A stretch of DNA of 64,000 nucleotides, from positions 17,050,001-17,114,000 of the forward strand of contig OZ059900.1 in assembly GCA_964057225.1 (NCBI GenBank), written 5' to 3'. The translations under genes and the position numbers were made by a program. How positions within the stretch are numbered: position 1 is the first letter of the stretch; every line of letters starts with the position of its first letter. Shown one piece after another: positions 26,901-41,383 of the stretch. The notes beneath the pieces were generated by a model. The model did not search any database and had not been told where the DNA came from. It saw only the letters and a program-made list of their open reading frames with translations. Source of the DNA: Auanema rhodensis. Lineage: Eukaryota; Animalia; Nematoda.

Positions 26901-28044
26901 CAAAATTGTTCGTACAACGTCTAGTTCCACTTTCACGACAAAAAAACAGGGGTTAGAAAATTAAGGAAATTAGCATATTCTGAGGGCACGCCCCTTATGG
27001 CTAATATTGATTAAATCGATTTTTGTTCATATGAGTCGTCAAATGCAACGAATTTCAGCGTGTTACATACTAAAATGAAGCATTTTACATGCTGAACACT
27101 AGAAAAATACAAAAACACAGTATTTCCCATGAGAAATATTTTATTATGCTGGAAAACCAGTTTTTGGAAATTTCGCTGTAAACAAGGTTTTGACTTACGA
27201 TTTCATGTGTTCAAACTCATGCAATGTCAATGAAACCCAGCTCAAAATTGTTCGTACAACGTCTAGTTCCACTTTCACGACAAAAAAACAGGGGTTAGAA
27301 AATTAAGGAAATTAGCATATTCTGAGGGCACGCCCCTTATGGCTAATATTGATTAAATCGATTTTTGTTCATATGAGTCGTCAAATGCAACGAATTTCAG
27401 CGTGTTACATACTAAAATGAAGCATTTTACATGCTGAACACTAGAAAAATACAAAAACACAGTATTTCCCATGAGAAATATTTTATTATGCTGGAAAACC
27501 AGTTTTTGGAAATTTCGCTGTAAACAAGGTTTTGACTTACGATTTCATGTGTTCAAACTCATGCAATGTCAATGAAACCTAGCTCAAAATTGTTCGTACA
27601 ACGTCTAGTTCCACTTTCACGACAAAAAAACAGGGGTTAGAAAATTAAGGAAATTAGCATATTCTGAGGGCACGCCCCTTATGGCTAATATTGATTAAAT
27701 CGATTTTTGTTTATATGAGTCGTCAAATGCAACGAATTTCAGCGTGTTACATACTAAAATGAAGCATTTTACACGCTGAACACTAGAAAAATACAAAAAC
27801 ACAGTATTTCCCATGAGAAATATTTTATTATGCTGGAAAACCAGTTTTTGGAAATTTCGCTGTAAACAAGGTTTTGACTTACGATTTCATGTGTTCAAAC
27901 TCATGCAATGTCAATGAAACCTAGCTCAAAATTGTTCGTACAACGTCTAGTTCCACTTTCACGACAAAAAAACAGGGGTTAGAAAATTAAGGAAATTAGC
28001 ATATTCTGAGGGCACGCCCCTTATGGCTAATATTGATTAAATCG
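23941..28044. repeat. 3-monomer (1026 bp) higher-order repeat, 4 copies (M71-M82)
   Basis: The cycle T220C (ACCCAGC) / consensus / C10T+T72C (GTTTATATG, ACACGCTG) repeats four times. The C10T+T72C monomers start at 24625, 25651, 26677 and 27703 and were seen nowhere else. Confidence 0.92.
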
Positions 28045-31000
28045 ATTTTTGTTCATATGAGTCGTCAAATGCAACGAATTTCAGCGTGTTACATACTAAA
28101 ATGAAGCATTTTACATGCTGAACACTAGAAAAATACAAAAACACAGTATTTCCCATGAGAAATATTTTATTATGCTGGAAAACCAGTTTTTGGAAATTTC
28201 GCTGTAAACAAGGTTTTGACTTACGATTTCATGTGTTCAAACTCATGCAATGTCAATGAAACCTAGCTCAAAATTGTTCGTACAACGTCTAGTTCCACTT
28301 TCACGACAAAAAAACAGGGGTTAGAAAATTAAGGAAATTAGCATATTCTGAGGGCACGCCCTTTATGGCTAATATTGATTAAATCGATTTTTGTTCATAT
28401 GAGTCGTCAAATGCAACGAATTTCAGCGTGTTACATACTAAAATGAAGCATTTTACATGCTGAACGCTAGAAAAATACAAAAACACAGTATTTCCCATGA
28501 GAAATATTTTATTATGCTGGAAAACCAGTTTTTGGAAATTTCGCTGTAAACAAGGTTTTGACTTACGATTTCATGTGTTCAAACTCATGCAATGTCAATG
28601 AAACCTAGCTCAAAATTGTTCCTACAACGTCTAGTTCCACTTTCACGACAAAAAAACAGGGGTTAGAAAATTAAGGAAATTAGCATATTCTGAGGGCACG
28701 CCCTTTATGGCTAATATTGATTAAATCGATTTTTGTTCATATGAGTCGTCAAATGCAACGAATTTCAGCGTGTTATATACTAAAATGAAGCATTTTACAT
28801 GCTGAACACTAGAAAAATACAAAAACACAGTATTTCCCATGAGAAATATTTTATTATGCTGGAAAACCAGTTTTTGAAAATTTCGCTGTAAACAAGGTTT
28901 TGACTTACGATTTCATGTGTTCAAACTCATGCAATGTCAATGAAACCTAGCTCAAAATTGTTCCTACAACGTCTAGTTCCACTTTCACGACAAAAAAACA
29001 GGGGTTAGAAAATTAAGGAAATTAGCATATTCTGAGGGCACGCCCCTTATGGCTAATATTGATTAAATCGATTTTTGTTCATATGAGTCGTCAAATGCAA
29101 CGAATTTCAGCGTGTTACATACTAAAATGAAGCATTTTACATGCTGAACACTAGAAAAATACAAAAACACAGTATTTCCCATGAGAAATATTTTATTATG
29201 CTGGAAAACCAGTTTTTGGAAATTTCGCTGTAAACAAGGTTTTGACTTACGATTTCATGTGTTCAAACTCATGCAATGTCAATGAAACCTAGCTCAAAAT
29301 TGTTCCTACAACGTCTAGTTCCACTTTCACGACAAAAAAACAGGGGTTAGAAAATTAAGGAAATTAGCATATTCTGAGGGCACGCCCCTTATGGCTAATA
29401 TTGATTAAATCGATTTTTGTTCATATGAGTCGTCAAATGCAACGAATTTCAGCGTGTTACATACTAAAATGAAGCATTTTACATGCTGAACACTAGAAAA
29501 ATACAAAAACACAGTATTTCCCATGAGAAATATTTTATTATGCTGGAAAACCAGTTTTTGGAAATTTCGCTGTAAACAAGGTTTTGACTTACGATTTCAT
29601 GTGTTCAAACTCATGCAATGTCAATGAAACCTAGCTCAAAATTGTTCGTACAACGTCTAGTTCCACTTTCACGACAAAAAAACAGGGGTTAGAAAATTAA
29701 GGAAATTAGCATATTCTGAGGGCACGCCCCTTATGGCTAATATTGATTAAATCGATTTTTGTTCATATGAGTCGTCAAATGCAACGAATTTCAGCGTGTT
29801 ACGTACTAAAATGAAGCATTTCACATGCTGAACACTAGAAAAATACAAAAACACAGTATTTCCCATGAGAAATATTTTATTATGCTGGAAAACCAGTTTT
29901 TGGAAATTTCGCTGTAAACAAGGTTTTGACTTACGATTTCATGTGTTCAAACTCATGCAATGTCAATGAAACCTAGCTCAAAATTGTTCCTACAACGTCT
30001 AGTTCCACTTTCACGACAAAAAAACAGGGGTTAGAAAATTAAGGAAATTAGCATATTCTGAGGGCACGCCCTTTATGGCTAATATTGATTAAATCGATTT
30101 TTGTTCATATGAGTCGTCAAATGCAACGAATTTCAGCGTGTTACATACTAAAATGAAGCATTTCACATGCTGAACACTAGAAAAATACAAAAACACAGTA
30201 TTTCCCATGAGAAATATTTTATTATGCTGGAAAACCAGTTTTTGGAAATTTCGCTGTAAACAAGGTTTTGACTTACGATTTCATGTGTTCAAACTCATGC
30301 AATGTCAATGAAACCTAGCTCAAAATTGTTCGTACAACGTCTAGTTCCACTTTCACGACAAAAAAACAGGGGTTAGAAAATTAAGGAAATTAGCATATTC
30401 TGAGGGCACGCCCCTTATGGCTAATATTGATTAAATCGATTTTTGTTCATATGAGTCGTCAAATGCAACGAATTTCAGCGTGTTACATACTAAAATGAAG
30501 CATTTTACATGCTGAACACTAGAAAAATACAAAAACACAGTAATACCCATGAGAAATATTTTATTATGCTGGAAAACCAGTTTTTGGAAATTTCGCTGTA
30601 AACAAGGTTTTGACTTACGATTTCATGTGTTCAAACTCATGCAATGTCAATGAAACCTAGCTCAAAATTGTTCGTACAACGTCTAGTTCCACTTTCACGA
30701 CAAAAAAACAGGGGTTAGAAAATTAAGGAAATTAGCATATTCTGAGGGCACGCCCCTTATGGCTAATATTGATTAAATCGATTTTTGTTCATATGAGTCG
30801 TCAAATGCAACGAATTTCAGCGTGTTACATACTAAAATGAAGCATTTTACATGCTGAACACTAGAAAAATACAAAAACACAGTATTTCCCATGAGAAATA
30901 TTTTATTATGCTGGAAAACCAGTTTTTGGAAATTTCGCTGTAAACAAGGTTTTGACTTACGATTTCATGTGTTCAAACTCATGCAATGTCAATGAAACCT

Positions 31001-34000
31001 AGCTCAAAATTGTTCGTACAACGTCTAGTTCCACTTTCACGACAAAAAAACAGGGGTTAGAAAATTAAGGAAATTAGCATATTCTGAGGGCACGCCCCTT
31101 ATGGCTAATATTGATTAAATCGATTTTTGTTCATATGAGTCGTCAAATGCAACGAATTTCAGCGTGTTACATACTAAAATGAAGCATTTTACATGCTGAA
31201 CACTAGAAAAATACAAAAACACAGTATTTCCCATGAGAATAATTTTATTATGCTGGAAAACCAGTTTTTGGAAATTTCGCTGTAAACAAGGTTTTGACTT
31301 ACGATTTCATGTGTTCAAACTCATGCAATGTCAATGAAACCTAGCTCAAAATTGTTCGTACAACGTCTAGTTCCACTTTCACGACAAAAAAACAGGGGTT
31401 AGAAAATTAAGGAAATTAGCATATTCTGAGGGCACGCCCCTTATGGCTAATATTGATTAAATCGATTTTTGTTCATATGAGTCGTCAAATGCAACGAATT
31501 TCAGCGTGTTACATACTAAAATGAAGCATTTTACATGCTGAACACTAGAAAAATACAAAAACACAGTATTTCCCATGAGAATAATTTTATTATGCTGGAA
31601 AACCAGTTTTTGGAAATTTCGCTGTAAACAAGGTTTTGACTTACGATTTCATGTGTTCAAACTCATGCAATGTCAATGAAACCTAGCTCAAAATTGTTCG
31701 TACAACGTCTAGTTCCACTTTCACGACAAAAAAACAGGGGTTAGAAAATTAAGGAAATTAGCATATTCTGAGAGCACGCCCTTTATGGCTAATATTGATT
31801 AAATCGATTTTTGTTCATATGAGTCGTCAAATGCAACGAATTTCAGCGTGTTACATACTAAAATGAAGCATTTTACATGCTGAACGCTAGAAAAATACAA
31901 AAACACAGTATTACCCATGAGAAATATTTTATTATGCTGGAAAACCAGTTTTTGGAAATTTCGCTGTAAACAAGGTTTTGACTTACGATTTCATGTGTTC
32001 AAACTCATGCAATGTCAATGAAACCTAGCTCAAAATTGTTCCTACAACGTCTAGTTCCACTTTCACGACAAAAAAACAGGGGTTAGAAAATTAAGGAAAT
32101 TAGCATATTCTGAGGGCACGCCCCTTATGGCTAATATTGATTAAATCGATTTTTGTTCATATGAGTCGTCAAATGCAACGAATTTCAGCGTGTTACATAC
32201 TAAAATGAAGCATTTTGTATGCTGAACACTAGAAAAATACAAAAACATAGTATTTCCCATGAGAAATATTTTATTATGCTGGAAAACCAGTTTTTGGAAA
32301 TTTCGCTGTAAACAAGGTTTTGACTTACGATTTCATGTGTTCAAACTCATGCAATGTCAATGAAACCTAGCTCAAAATTGTTCGTACAACGTCTAGTTCC
32401 ACTTTCACGACAAAAAAACAGGGGTTAGAAAATTAAGGAAATTAGCATATTCTGAGGGCACGCCCTTTATGGCTAATATTGATTAAATCGATTTTTGTTC
32501 ATATGAGTCGTCAAATGCAACGAATTTCAGCGTGTTACATACTAAAATGAAGCATTTTACATGCTGAACGCTAGAAAAATACAAAAACACAGTATTTCCC
32601 ATGAGAAATATTTTATTATGCTGGAAAACCAGTTTTTGGAAATTTCGCTGTAAACAAGGTTTTGACTTACGATTTCATGTGTTCAAACTCATGCAATGTC
32701 AATGAAACCTAGCTCAAAATTGTTCCTACAACGTCTAGTTCCACTTTCACGACAAAAAAACAGGGGTTAGAAAATTAAGGAAATTAGCATATTCTGAGGG
32801 CACGCCCCTTGTGGCTAATATTGATTAAATCGATTTTTGTTCATATGAGTCGTCAAATGCAACGAATTTCAGCGTGTTACATACTAAAATGAAGCATTTT
32901 ACATGCTGAACACTAGAAAAATACAAAAACACAGTATTTCCCATGAGAAATATTTTATTATGCTGGAAAACCAGTTTTTGGAAATTTCGCTGTAAACAAG
33001 GTTTTGACTTACGATTTCATGTGTTCAAACTCATGCAATGTCAATGAAACCTAGCTCAAAATTGTTCGTACAACGTCTAGTTCCACTTTCACGACAAAAA
33101 AACAGGGGTTAGAAAATTAAGGAAATTAGCATATTCTGAGGGCACGCCCCTTATGGCTAATATTGATTAAATCGATTTTTGTTCATATGAGTCGTCAAAT
33201 GCAACGAATTTCAGCGTGTCACATACTAAAATGAAGCATTTTACATGCTGAACGCTAGAAAAATACAAAAACACAGTATTTCCCATGAGAAATATTTTAT
33301 TATGCTGGAAAACCAGTTTTTGGAAATTTCGCTGTAAACAAGGTTTTGACTTACGATTTCATGTGTTCAAACTCATGCAATGTCAATGAAACCTAGCTCA
33401 AAATTGTTCGTACAACGTCTAGTTCCACTTTCACGACAAAAAAACAGGGGTTAGAAAATTAAGGAAATTAGCATATTCTGAGAGCACGCCCTTTATGGCT
33501 AATATTGATTAAATCGATTTTTGTTCATATGAGTCGTCAAATGCAACGAATTTCAGCATGTTACATACTAAAATGAAGCATTTTACATGCTGAACGCTAG
33601 AAAAATACAAAAACACAGTATTACCCATGAGAAATATTTTATTATGCTGGAAAACCAGTTTTTGGAAATTTCGCTGTAAACAAGGTTTTGACTTACGATT
33701 TCATGTGTTCAAACTCATGCAATGTCAATGAAACCTAGCTCAAAATTGTTCCTACAACGTCTAGTTCCACTTTCACGACAAAAAAACAGGGGTTAGAAAA
33801 TTAAGGAAATTAGCATATTCTGAGGGCACGCCCCTTATGGCTAATATTGATTAAATCGATTTTTGTTCATATGAGTCGTCAAATGCAACGAATTTCAGCG
33901 TGTTACATACTAAAATGAAGCATTTTGTATGCTGAACACTAGAAAAATACAAAAACATAGTATTTCCCATGAGAAATATTTTATTATGCTGGAAAACCAG

Positions 34001-34884
34001 TTTTTGGAAATTTCGCTGTAAACAAGGTTTTGACTTACGATTTCATGTGTTCAAACTCATGCAATGTCAATGAAACCTAGCTCAAAATTGTTCGTACAAC
34101 GTCTAGTTCCACTTTCACGACAAAAAAACAGGGGTTAGAAAATTAAGGAAATTAGCATATTCTGAGGGCACGCCCCTTATGGCTAATATTGATTAAATCG
34201 ATTTTTGTTCATATGAGTCGTCAAATGCAACGAATTTCAGCGTGTTACATACTAAAATAAAGCATTTTACATGCTGAACACTAGAAAAATACAAAAACAC
34301 AGTATTTCCCATGAGAAATATTTTATTATGCTGGAAAACCAGTTTTTGGAAATTTCGCTGTAAACAAGGTTTTGACTTACGATTTCATGTGTTCAAACTC
34401 ATGCAATGTCAATGAAACCTAGCTCAAAATTGTTCGTACAACGTCTAGTTCCACTTTCACGACAAAAAAACAGGGGTTAGAAAATTAAGGAAATTAGCAT
34501 ATTCTGAGGGCACGCCCTTTATGGCTAATATTGATTAAATCGATTTTTGTTCATATGAGTCGTCAAATGCAACGAATTTCAGCGTGTTACATACTAAAAT
34601 GAACCATTTTACATGCTGAACGCTAGAAAAATACAAAAACACAGTATTTCCCATGAGAAATATTTTATTATGCTGGAAAACCAGTTTTTGGAAATTTCGC
34701 TGTAAACAAGGTTTTGACTTACGATTTCATGTGTTCAAACTCATGCAATGTCAATGAAACCTAGCTCAAAATTGTTCGTACAACGTCTAGTTCCACTTTC
34801 ACGACAAAAAAACAGGGGTTAGAAAATTAAGGAAATTAGCATATTCTGAGGGCACGCCCCTTATGGCTAATATTGATTAAATCG

Positions 34885-37800
34885 ATTTTTGTTCATATGA
34901 GTCGTCAAATGCAACGAATTTCAGCGTGTTACATACTAAAATGAAGCATTTTACATGCTGAACGCTAGAAAAATACAAAAACACAGTATTTCCCATGAGA
35001 AATATTTTATTATGCTGGAAAACCAGTTTTTGGAAATTTCGCTGTAAACAAGGTTTTGACTTACGATTTCATGTGTTCAAACTCATGCAATGTCAAAGAA
35101 ACCTAGCTCAAAATTGTTCCTACAACGTCTAGTTCCACTTTCACGACAAAAAAACAGGGGTTAGAAAATTAAGGAAATTAGCATATTCTGAGGGCACGCC
35201 CCTTATGGCTAATATTGATTAAATCGATTTTTGTTCATATGAGTCGTCAAATGCAACGAATTTCAGCGTGTTACATACTAAAATGAAGCATTTTACATGC
35301 TGAACACTAGAAAAATACAAAAACATAGTATTTCCCATGAGAAATATTTTATTATGCTGGAAAACCAGTTTTTGGAAATTTCGCTGTAAACAAGGTTTTG
35401 ACTTACGATTTCATGTGTTCAAACTCATGCAATGTCAATGAAACCTAGCTCAAAATTGTTCGTACAACGTCTAGTTCCACTTTCACGACTAAAAAACAGG
35501 GGTTAGAAAACTAAGGAAATTAGCATATTCTGAGGGCACGCCCCTTATGGCTAATATTGATTAAATCGATTTTTGTTCATATGAGTCGTCAAATGCAACG
35601 AATTTCAGCGTGTTACATACTAAAATAAAGCATTTTACATGCTGAACACTAGAAAAATACAAAAACACAGTATTTCCCATGAGAAATATTTTATTATGCT
35701 GGAAAACCAGTTTTTGGAAATTTCGCTGTAAACAAGGTTTTGACTTACGATTTCATGTGTTCAAACTCATGCAATGTCAATGAAACCCAGCTCAAAATTG
35801 TTCGTACAACGACTAGTTCCACTTTCACGACAAAAAAACAGGGGTTAGAAAATTAAGGAAATTAGCATATTCTGAGGGCACGCCCCTTATGGCTAATATT
35901 GATTAAATCGATTTTTGTTCATATGAGTCGTCAAATGCAACGAATTTCAGCGTGTTACATACTAAAATGAAGCATTTTACATGCTGAACACTAGAAAAAT
36001 ACAAAAACACAGTATTTCCCATGAGAAATATTTTATTATGCTGGAAAACCAGTTTTTGGAAATTTCGCTGTAAACAAGGTTTTGACTTACGATTTCATGT
36101 GTTCAAACTCATGCAATGTCAATGAAACCTAGCTCAAAATTGTTCGTACAACGACTAGTTCCACTTTCACGACAAAAAAACAGGGGTTAGAAAATTAAGG
36201 AAATTAGCATATTCTGAGGGCACGCCCCTTATGGCTAATATTGATTAAATCGATTTTTGTTCATATGAGTCGTCAAATGCAACGAATTTCAGCGTGTTAC
36301 ATACTAAAATGAAGCATTTTACATGCTGAACACTAGAAAAATACAAAAACACAGTATTTCCCATGAGAAATATTTTATTATGCTGGAAAACCAGTTTTTG
36401 GAAATTTCGCTGTAAACAAGGTTTTGACTTACGATTTCATGTGTTCAAACTCATGCAATGTCAATGAAACCTAGCTCAAAATTGTTCGTACAACGTCTAG
36501 TTCCACTTTCACGACAAAAAAACATGGGTTAGAAAATTAAGGAAATTAGCATATTCTGAGGGCACGCCCCTTATGGCTAATATTGATTAAATCGATTTTT
36601 GTTCATATGAGTCGTCAAATGCAACGAATTTCAGCGTGTTACATACTAAAATGAAGCATTTTACATGCTGAACGCTAGAAAAATACAAAAACACAGTATT
36701 TCCCATGAGAAATATTTTATTATGCTGGAAAACCAGTTTTTGGAAATTTCGCTGTAAACAAGGTTTTGACTTACGATTTCATGTGTTCAAACTCATGCAA
36801 TGTCAAAGAAACCTAGCTCAAAATTGTTCCTACAACGTCTAGTTCCACTTTCACGACAAAAAAACAGGGGTTAGAAAATTAAGGAAATTAGCATATTCTG
36901 AGGGCACGCCCCTTATGGCTAATATTGATTAAATCGATTTTTGTTCATATGAGTCGTCAAATGCAACGAATTTCAGCGTGTTACATACTAAAATGAAGCA
37001 TTTTACATGCTGAACACTAGAAAAATACAAAAACATAGTATTTCCCATGAGAAATATTTTATTATGCTGGAAAACCAGTTTTTGGAAATTTCGCTGTAAA
37101 CAAGGTTTTGACTTACGATTTCATGTGTTCAAACTCATGCAATGTCAATGAAACCTAGCTCAAAATTGTTCGTACAACGTCTAGTTCCACTTTCACGACT
37201 AAAAAACAGGGGTTAGAAAACTAAGGAAATTAGCATATTCTGAGGGCACGCCCCTTATGGCTAATATTGATTAAATCGATTTTTGTTCATATGAGTCGTC
37301 AAATGCAACGAATTTCAGCGTGTTACATACTAAAATAAAGCATTTTACATGCTGAACACTAGAAAAATACAAAAACACAGTATTTCCCATGAGAAATATT
37401 TTATTATGCTGGAAAACCAGTTTTTGGAAATTTCGCTGTAAACAAGGTTTTGACTTACGATTTCATGTGTTCAAACTCATGCAATGTCAATGAAACCCAG
37501 CTCAAAATTGTTCGTACAACGACTAGTTCCACTTTCACGACAAAAAAACAGGGGTTAGAAAATTAAGGAAATTAGCATATTCTGAGGGCACGCCCCTTAT
37601 GGCTAATATTGATTAAATCGATTTTTGTTCATATGAGTCGTCAAATGCAACGAATTTCAGCGTGTTACATACTAAAATGAAGCATTTTACATGCTGAACA
37701 CTAGAAAAATACAAAAACACAGTATTTCCCATGAGAAATATTTTATTATGCTGGAAAACCAGTTTTTGGAAATTTCGCTGTAAACAAGGTTTTGACTTAC

Positions 37801-38304
37801 GATTTCATGTGTTCAAACTCATGCAATGTCAATGAAACCTAGCTCAAAATTGTTCGTACAACGACTAGTTCCACTTTCACGACAAAAAAACAGGGGTTAG
37901 AAAATTAAGGAAATTAGCATATTCTGAGGGCACGCCCCTTATGGCTAATATTGATTAAATCGATTTTTGTTCATATGAGTCGTCAAATGCAACGAATTTC
38001 AGCGTGTTACATACTAAAATGAAGCATTTTACATGCTGAACACTAGAAAAATACAAAAACACAGTATTTCCCATGAGAAATATTTTATTATGCTGGAAAA
38101 CCAGTTTTTGGAAATTTCGCTGTAAACAAGGTTTTGACTTACGATTTCATGTGTTCAAACTCATGCAATGTCAATGAAACCTAGCTCAAAATTGTTCGTA
38201 CAACGTCTAGTTCCACTTTCACGACAAAAAAACAGGGGTTAGAAAATTAAGGAAATTAGCATATTCTGAGGGCACGCCCCTTATGGCTAATATTGATTAA
38301 ATCG
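34885..38304. repeat. 5-monomer (1710 bp) tandem duplication, M103-107 = M108-112
   Basis: The private variants TCAAAGAA (M103/M108), GACTAAA+AAACTAAG (M104/M109), G59A+T220C+GACTAG (M105/M110) and GACTAG (M106/M111) recur at exactly 1710 bp. Confidence 0.9.
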
Positions 38305-41300
38305 ATTTTTGTTCATATGAGTCGTCAAATGCAACGAATTTCAGCGTGTTACATACTAAAATGAAGCATTTTACATGCTGAACACTAGAAAAATACAAAA
38401 ACACAGTATTTCCCATGAGAAATATTTTATTATGCTGGAAAACCAGTTTTTGGAAATTTCGCTGTAAACAAGGTTTTGACTTACGATTTCATGTGTTCAA
38501 ACTCATGCAATGTCAATGAAACCTAGCTCAAAATTGTTCCTACAACGTCTAGTTCCACTTTCACGACAAAAAAACAGGGGTTAGAAAATTAAGGAAATTA
38601 GCATATTCTGAGGGCACGCCCTTTATGGCTAATATTGATTAAATCGATTTTTGTTCATATGAGTCGTCAAATGCAACGAATTTCAGCGTGTTACATACTA
38701 AAATGAAGCATTTTACATGCTGAACACTAGAAAAATACAAAAACACAGTAATACCCATGAGAAATATTTTATTATGCTGGAAAACCAGTTTTTGGAAATT
38801 TCGCTGTAAACAAGGTTTTGACTTACGATTTCATGTGTTCAAACTCATGCAATGTCAATGAAACCTAGCTCAAAATTGTTAATACAATGTCTAGTTCCAC
38901 TTTCACGACAAAAAAACAGGGGTTAGAAAATTAAGGAAATTAGCATATTCTGAGGGCACGCCCCTTATGGCTAATATTGATTAAATCGATTTTTGTTCAT
39001 ATGAGTCGTCAAATGCAACGAATTTCAGCGTGTTACATACTAAAATGAAGCATTTTACATGCTGAACACTAGAAAAATACAAAAACACAGTATTTCCCAT
39101 GAGAAATATTTTATTATGCTGGAAAACCAGTTTTTGGAAATTTCGCTGTAAACAAGGTTTTGACTTACGATTTCATGTGTTCAAACTCATGCAATGTCAA
39201 TGAAACCTAGCTCAAAATTGTTCGTACAACGTCTAGTTCCACTTTCACGACAAAAAAACGGGGGTTAGAAAATTAAGGAAATTAGCATATTCTGAGGGCA
39301 CGCCCCTTATGGCTAATATTGATTAAATCGATTTTTGTTCATATGAGTCGTCAAATGCAACGAATTTCAGCGTGTTACATACTAAAATGAAGCATTTTAC
39401 ATGCTGAACACTAGAAAAGTACAAAAACACAGTATTTCCCATGAGAAATATTTTATTATGCTGGAAAACCAGTTTTTGGAAATTTCGCTGTAAACAAGGT
39501 TTTGACTTACGATTTCATGTGTTCAAACTCATGCAATGTCAATGAAACCTAGCTCAAAATTGTTCGTACAACGTCTGGTTCCACTTTCACGACAAAAAAA
39601 CAGGGGTTAGAAAATTAAGGAAATTAGCATATTCTGAGGGCACGCCCCTTATGGCTAATATTGATTAAATCGATTTTTGTTCATATGAGTCGTCAAATGC
39701 AACGAATTTCAGCGTGTTACATACTAAAATGAAGCATTTTACATGCTGAACACTAGAAAAATACAAAAACACAGTATTTCCCATGAGAAATATTTTATTA
39801 TGCTGGAAAACCAGTTTTTGGAAATTTCGCTGTAAACAAGGTTTTGACTTACGATTTCATGTGTTCAAACTCATGCAATGTCAATGAAACCTAGCTCAAA
39901 ATTGTTCGTACAACGTCTAGTTCCACTTTCACGACAAAAAAACAGGGGTTAGAAAATTAAGGAAATTAGCATATTCTGAGGGCACGCCCCCTTATGGCTA
40001 ATATTGATTAAATCGATTTTTGTTCATATGAGTCGTCAAATGCAACGAATTTCAGCGTGTTACATACTAAAATGAAGCATTTTACATGCTGAACACTAGA
40101 AAAATACAAAAACACAGTAATACCCATGAGAAATATTTTATTATGCTGGAAAACCAGTTTTTGGAAATTTCGCTGTAAACAAGGTTTTGACTTACGATTT
40201 CATGTGTTCAAACTCATGCAATGTCAATGAAACCTAGCTCAAAATTGTTAATACAATGTCTAGTTCCACTTTCACGACAAAAAAACAGGGGTTAGAAAAT
40301 TAAGGAAATTAGCATATTCTGAGGGCACGCCCCTTATGGCTAATATTGATTAAATCGATTTTTGTTCATATGAGTCGTCAAATGCAACGAATTTCAGCGT
40401 GTTACATACTAAAATGAAGCATTTTACATGCTGAACACTAGAAAAATACAAAAACACAGTATTTCCCATGAGAAATATTTTATTATGCTGGAAAACCAGT
40501 TTTTGGAAATTTCGCTGTAAACAAGGTTTTGACTTACGATTTCATGTGTTCAAACTCATGCAATGTCAATGAAACCCAGCTCAAAATTGTTCGTACAACG
40601 TCTAGTTCCACTTTCACGACAAAAAAACAGGGGTTAGAAAATTAAGGAAATTAGCATATTCTGAGGGCACGCCCCTTATGGCTAATATTGATTAAATCGA
40701 TTTTTGTTCATATGAGTCGTCAAATGCAACGAATTTCAGCGTGTTACATACTAAAATGAAGCATTTTACATGCTGAACACTAGAAAAATACAAAAACACA
40801 GTATTTCCCATGAGAAATATTTTATTATGCTGGAAAACCAGTTTTTGGAAATTTCGCTGTAAACAAGGTTTTGACTTACGATTTCATGTGTTCAAACTCA
40901 TGCAATGTCAATGAAACCTAGCTCAAAATTGTTCGTACAACGTCTAGTTCCACTTTCACGACAAAAAAACAGGGGTTAGAAAATTAAGGAAATTGGCATA
41001 TTCTGAGGGCACGCCCCTTATGGCTAATATTGATTAAATCGATTTTTGTTCATATGAGTCGTCAAATGCAACGAATTTCAGCGTGTTACATACTAAAATG
41101 AAGCATTTTACATGCTGAACACTAGAAAAATACAAAAACACAGTATTTCCCATGAGAAATATTTTATTATGCTGGAAAACCAGTTTTTGGAAATTTCGCT
41201 GTAAACAAGGTTTTGACTTACGATTTCATGTGTTCAAACTCATGCAATGTCAATGAAACCCAGCTCAAAATTGTTCGTACAACGTCTAGTTCCACTTTCA

Positions 41301-41383
41301 CGACAAAAAAACAGGGGTTAGAAAATTAAGGAAATTAGCATATTCTGAGGGCACGCCCCTTATGGCTAATATTGATTAAATCG

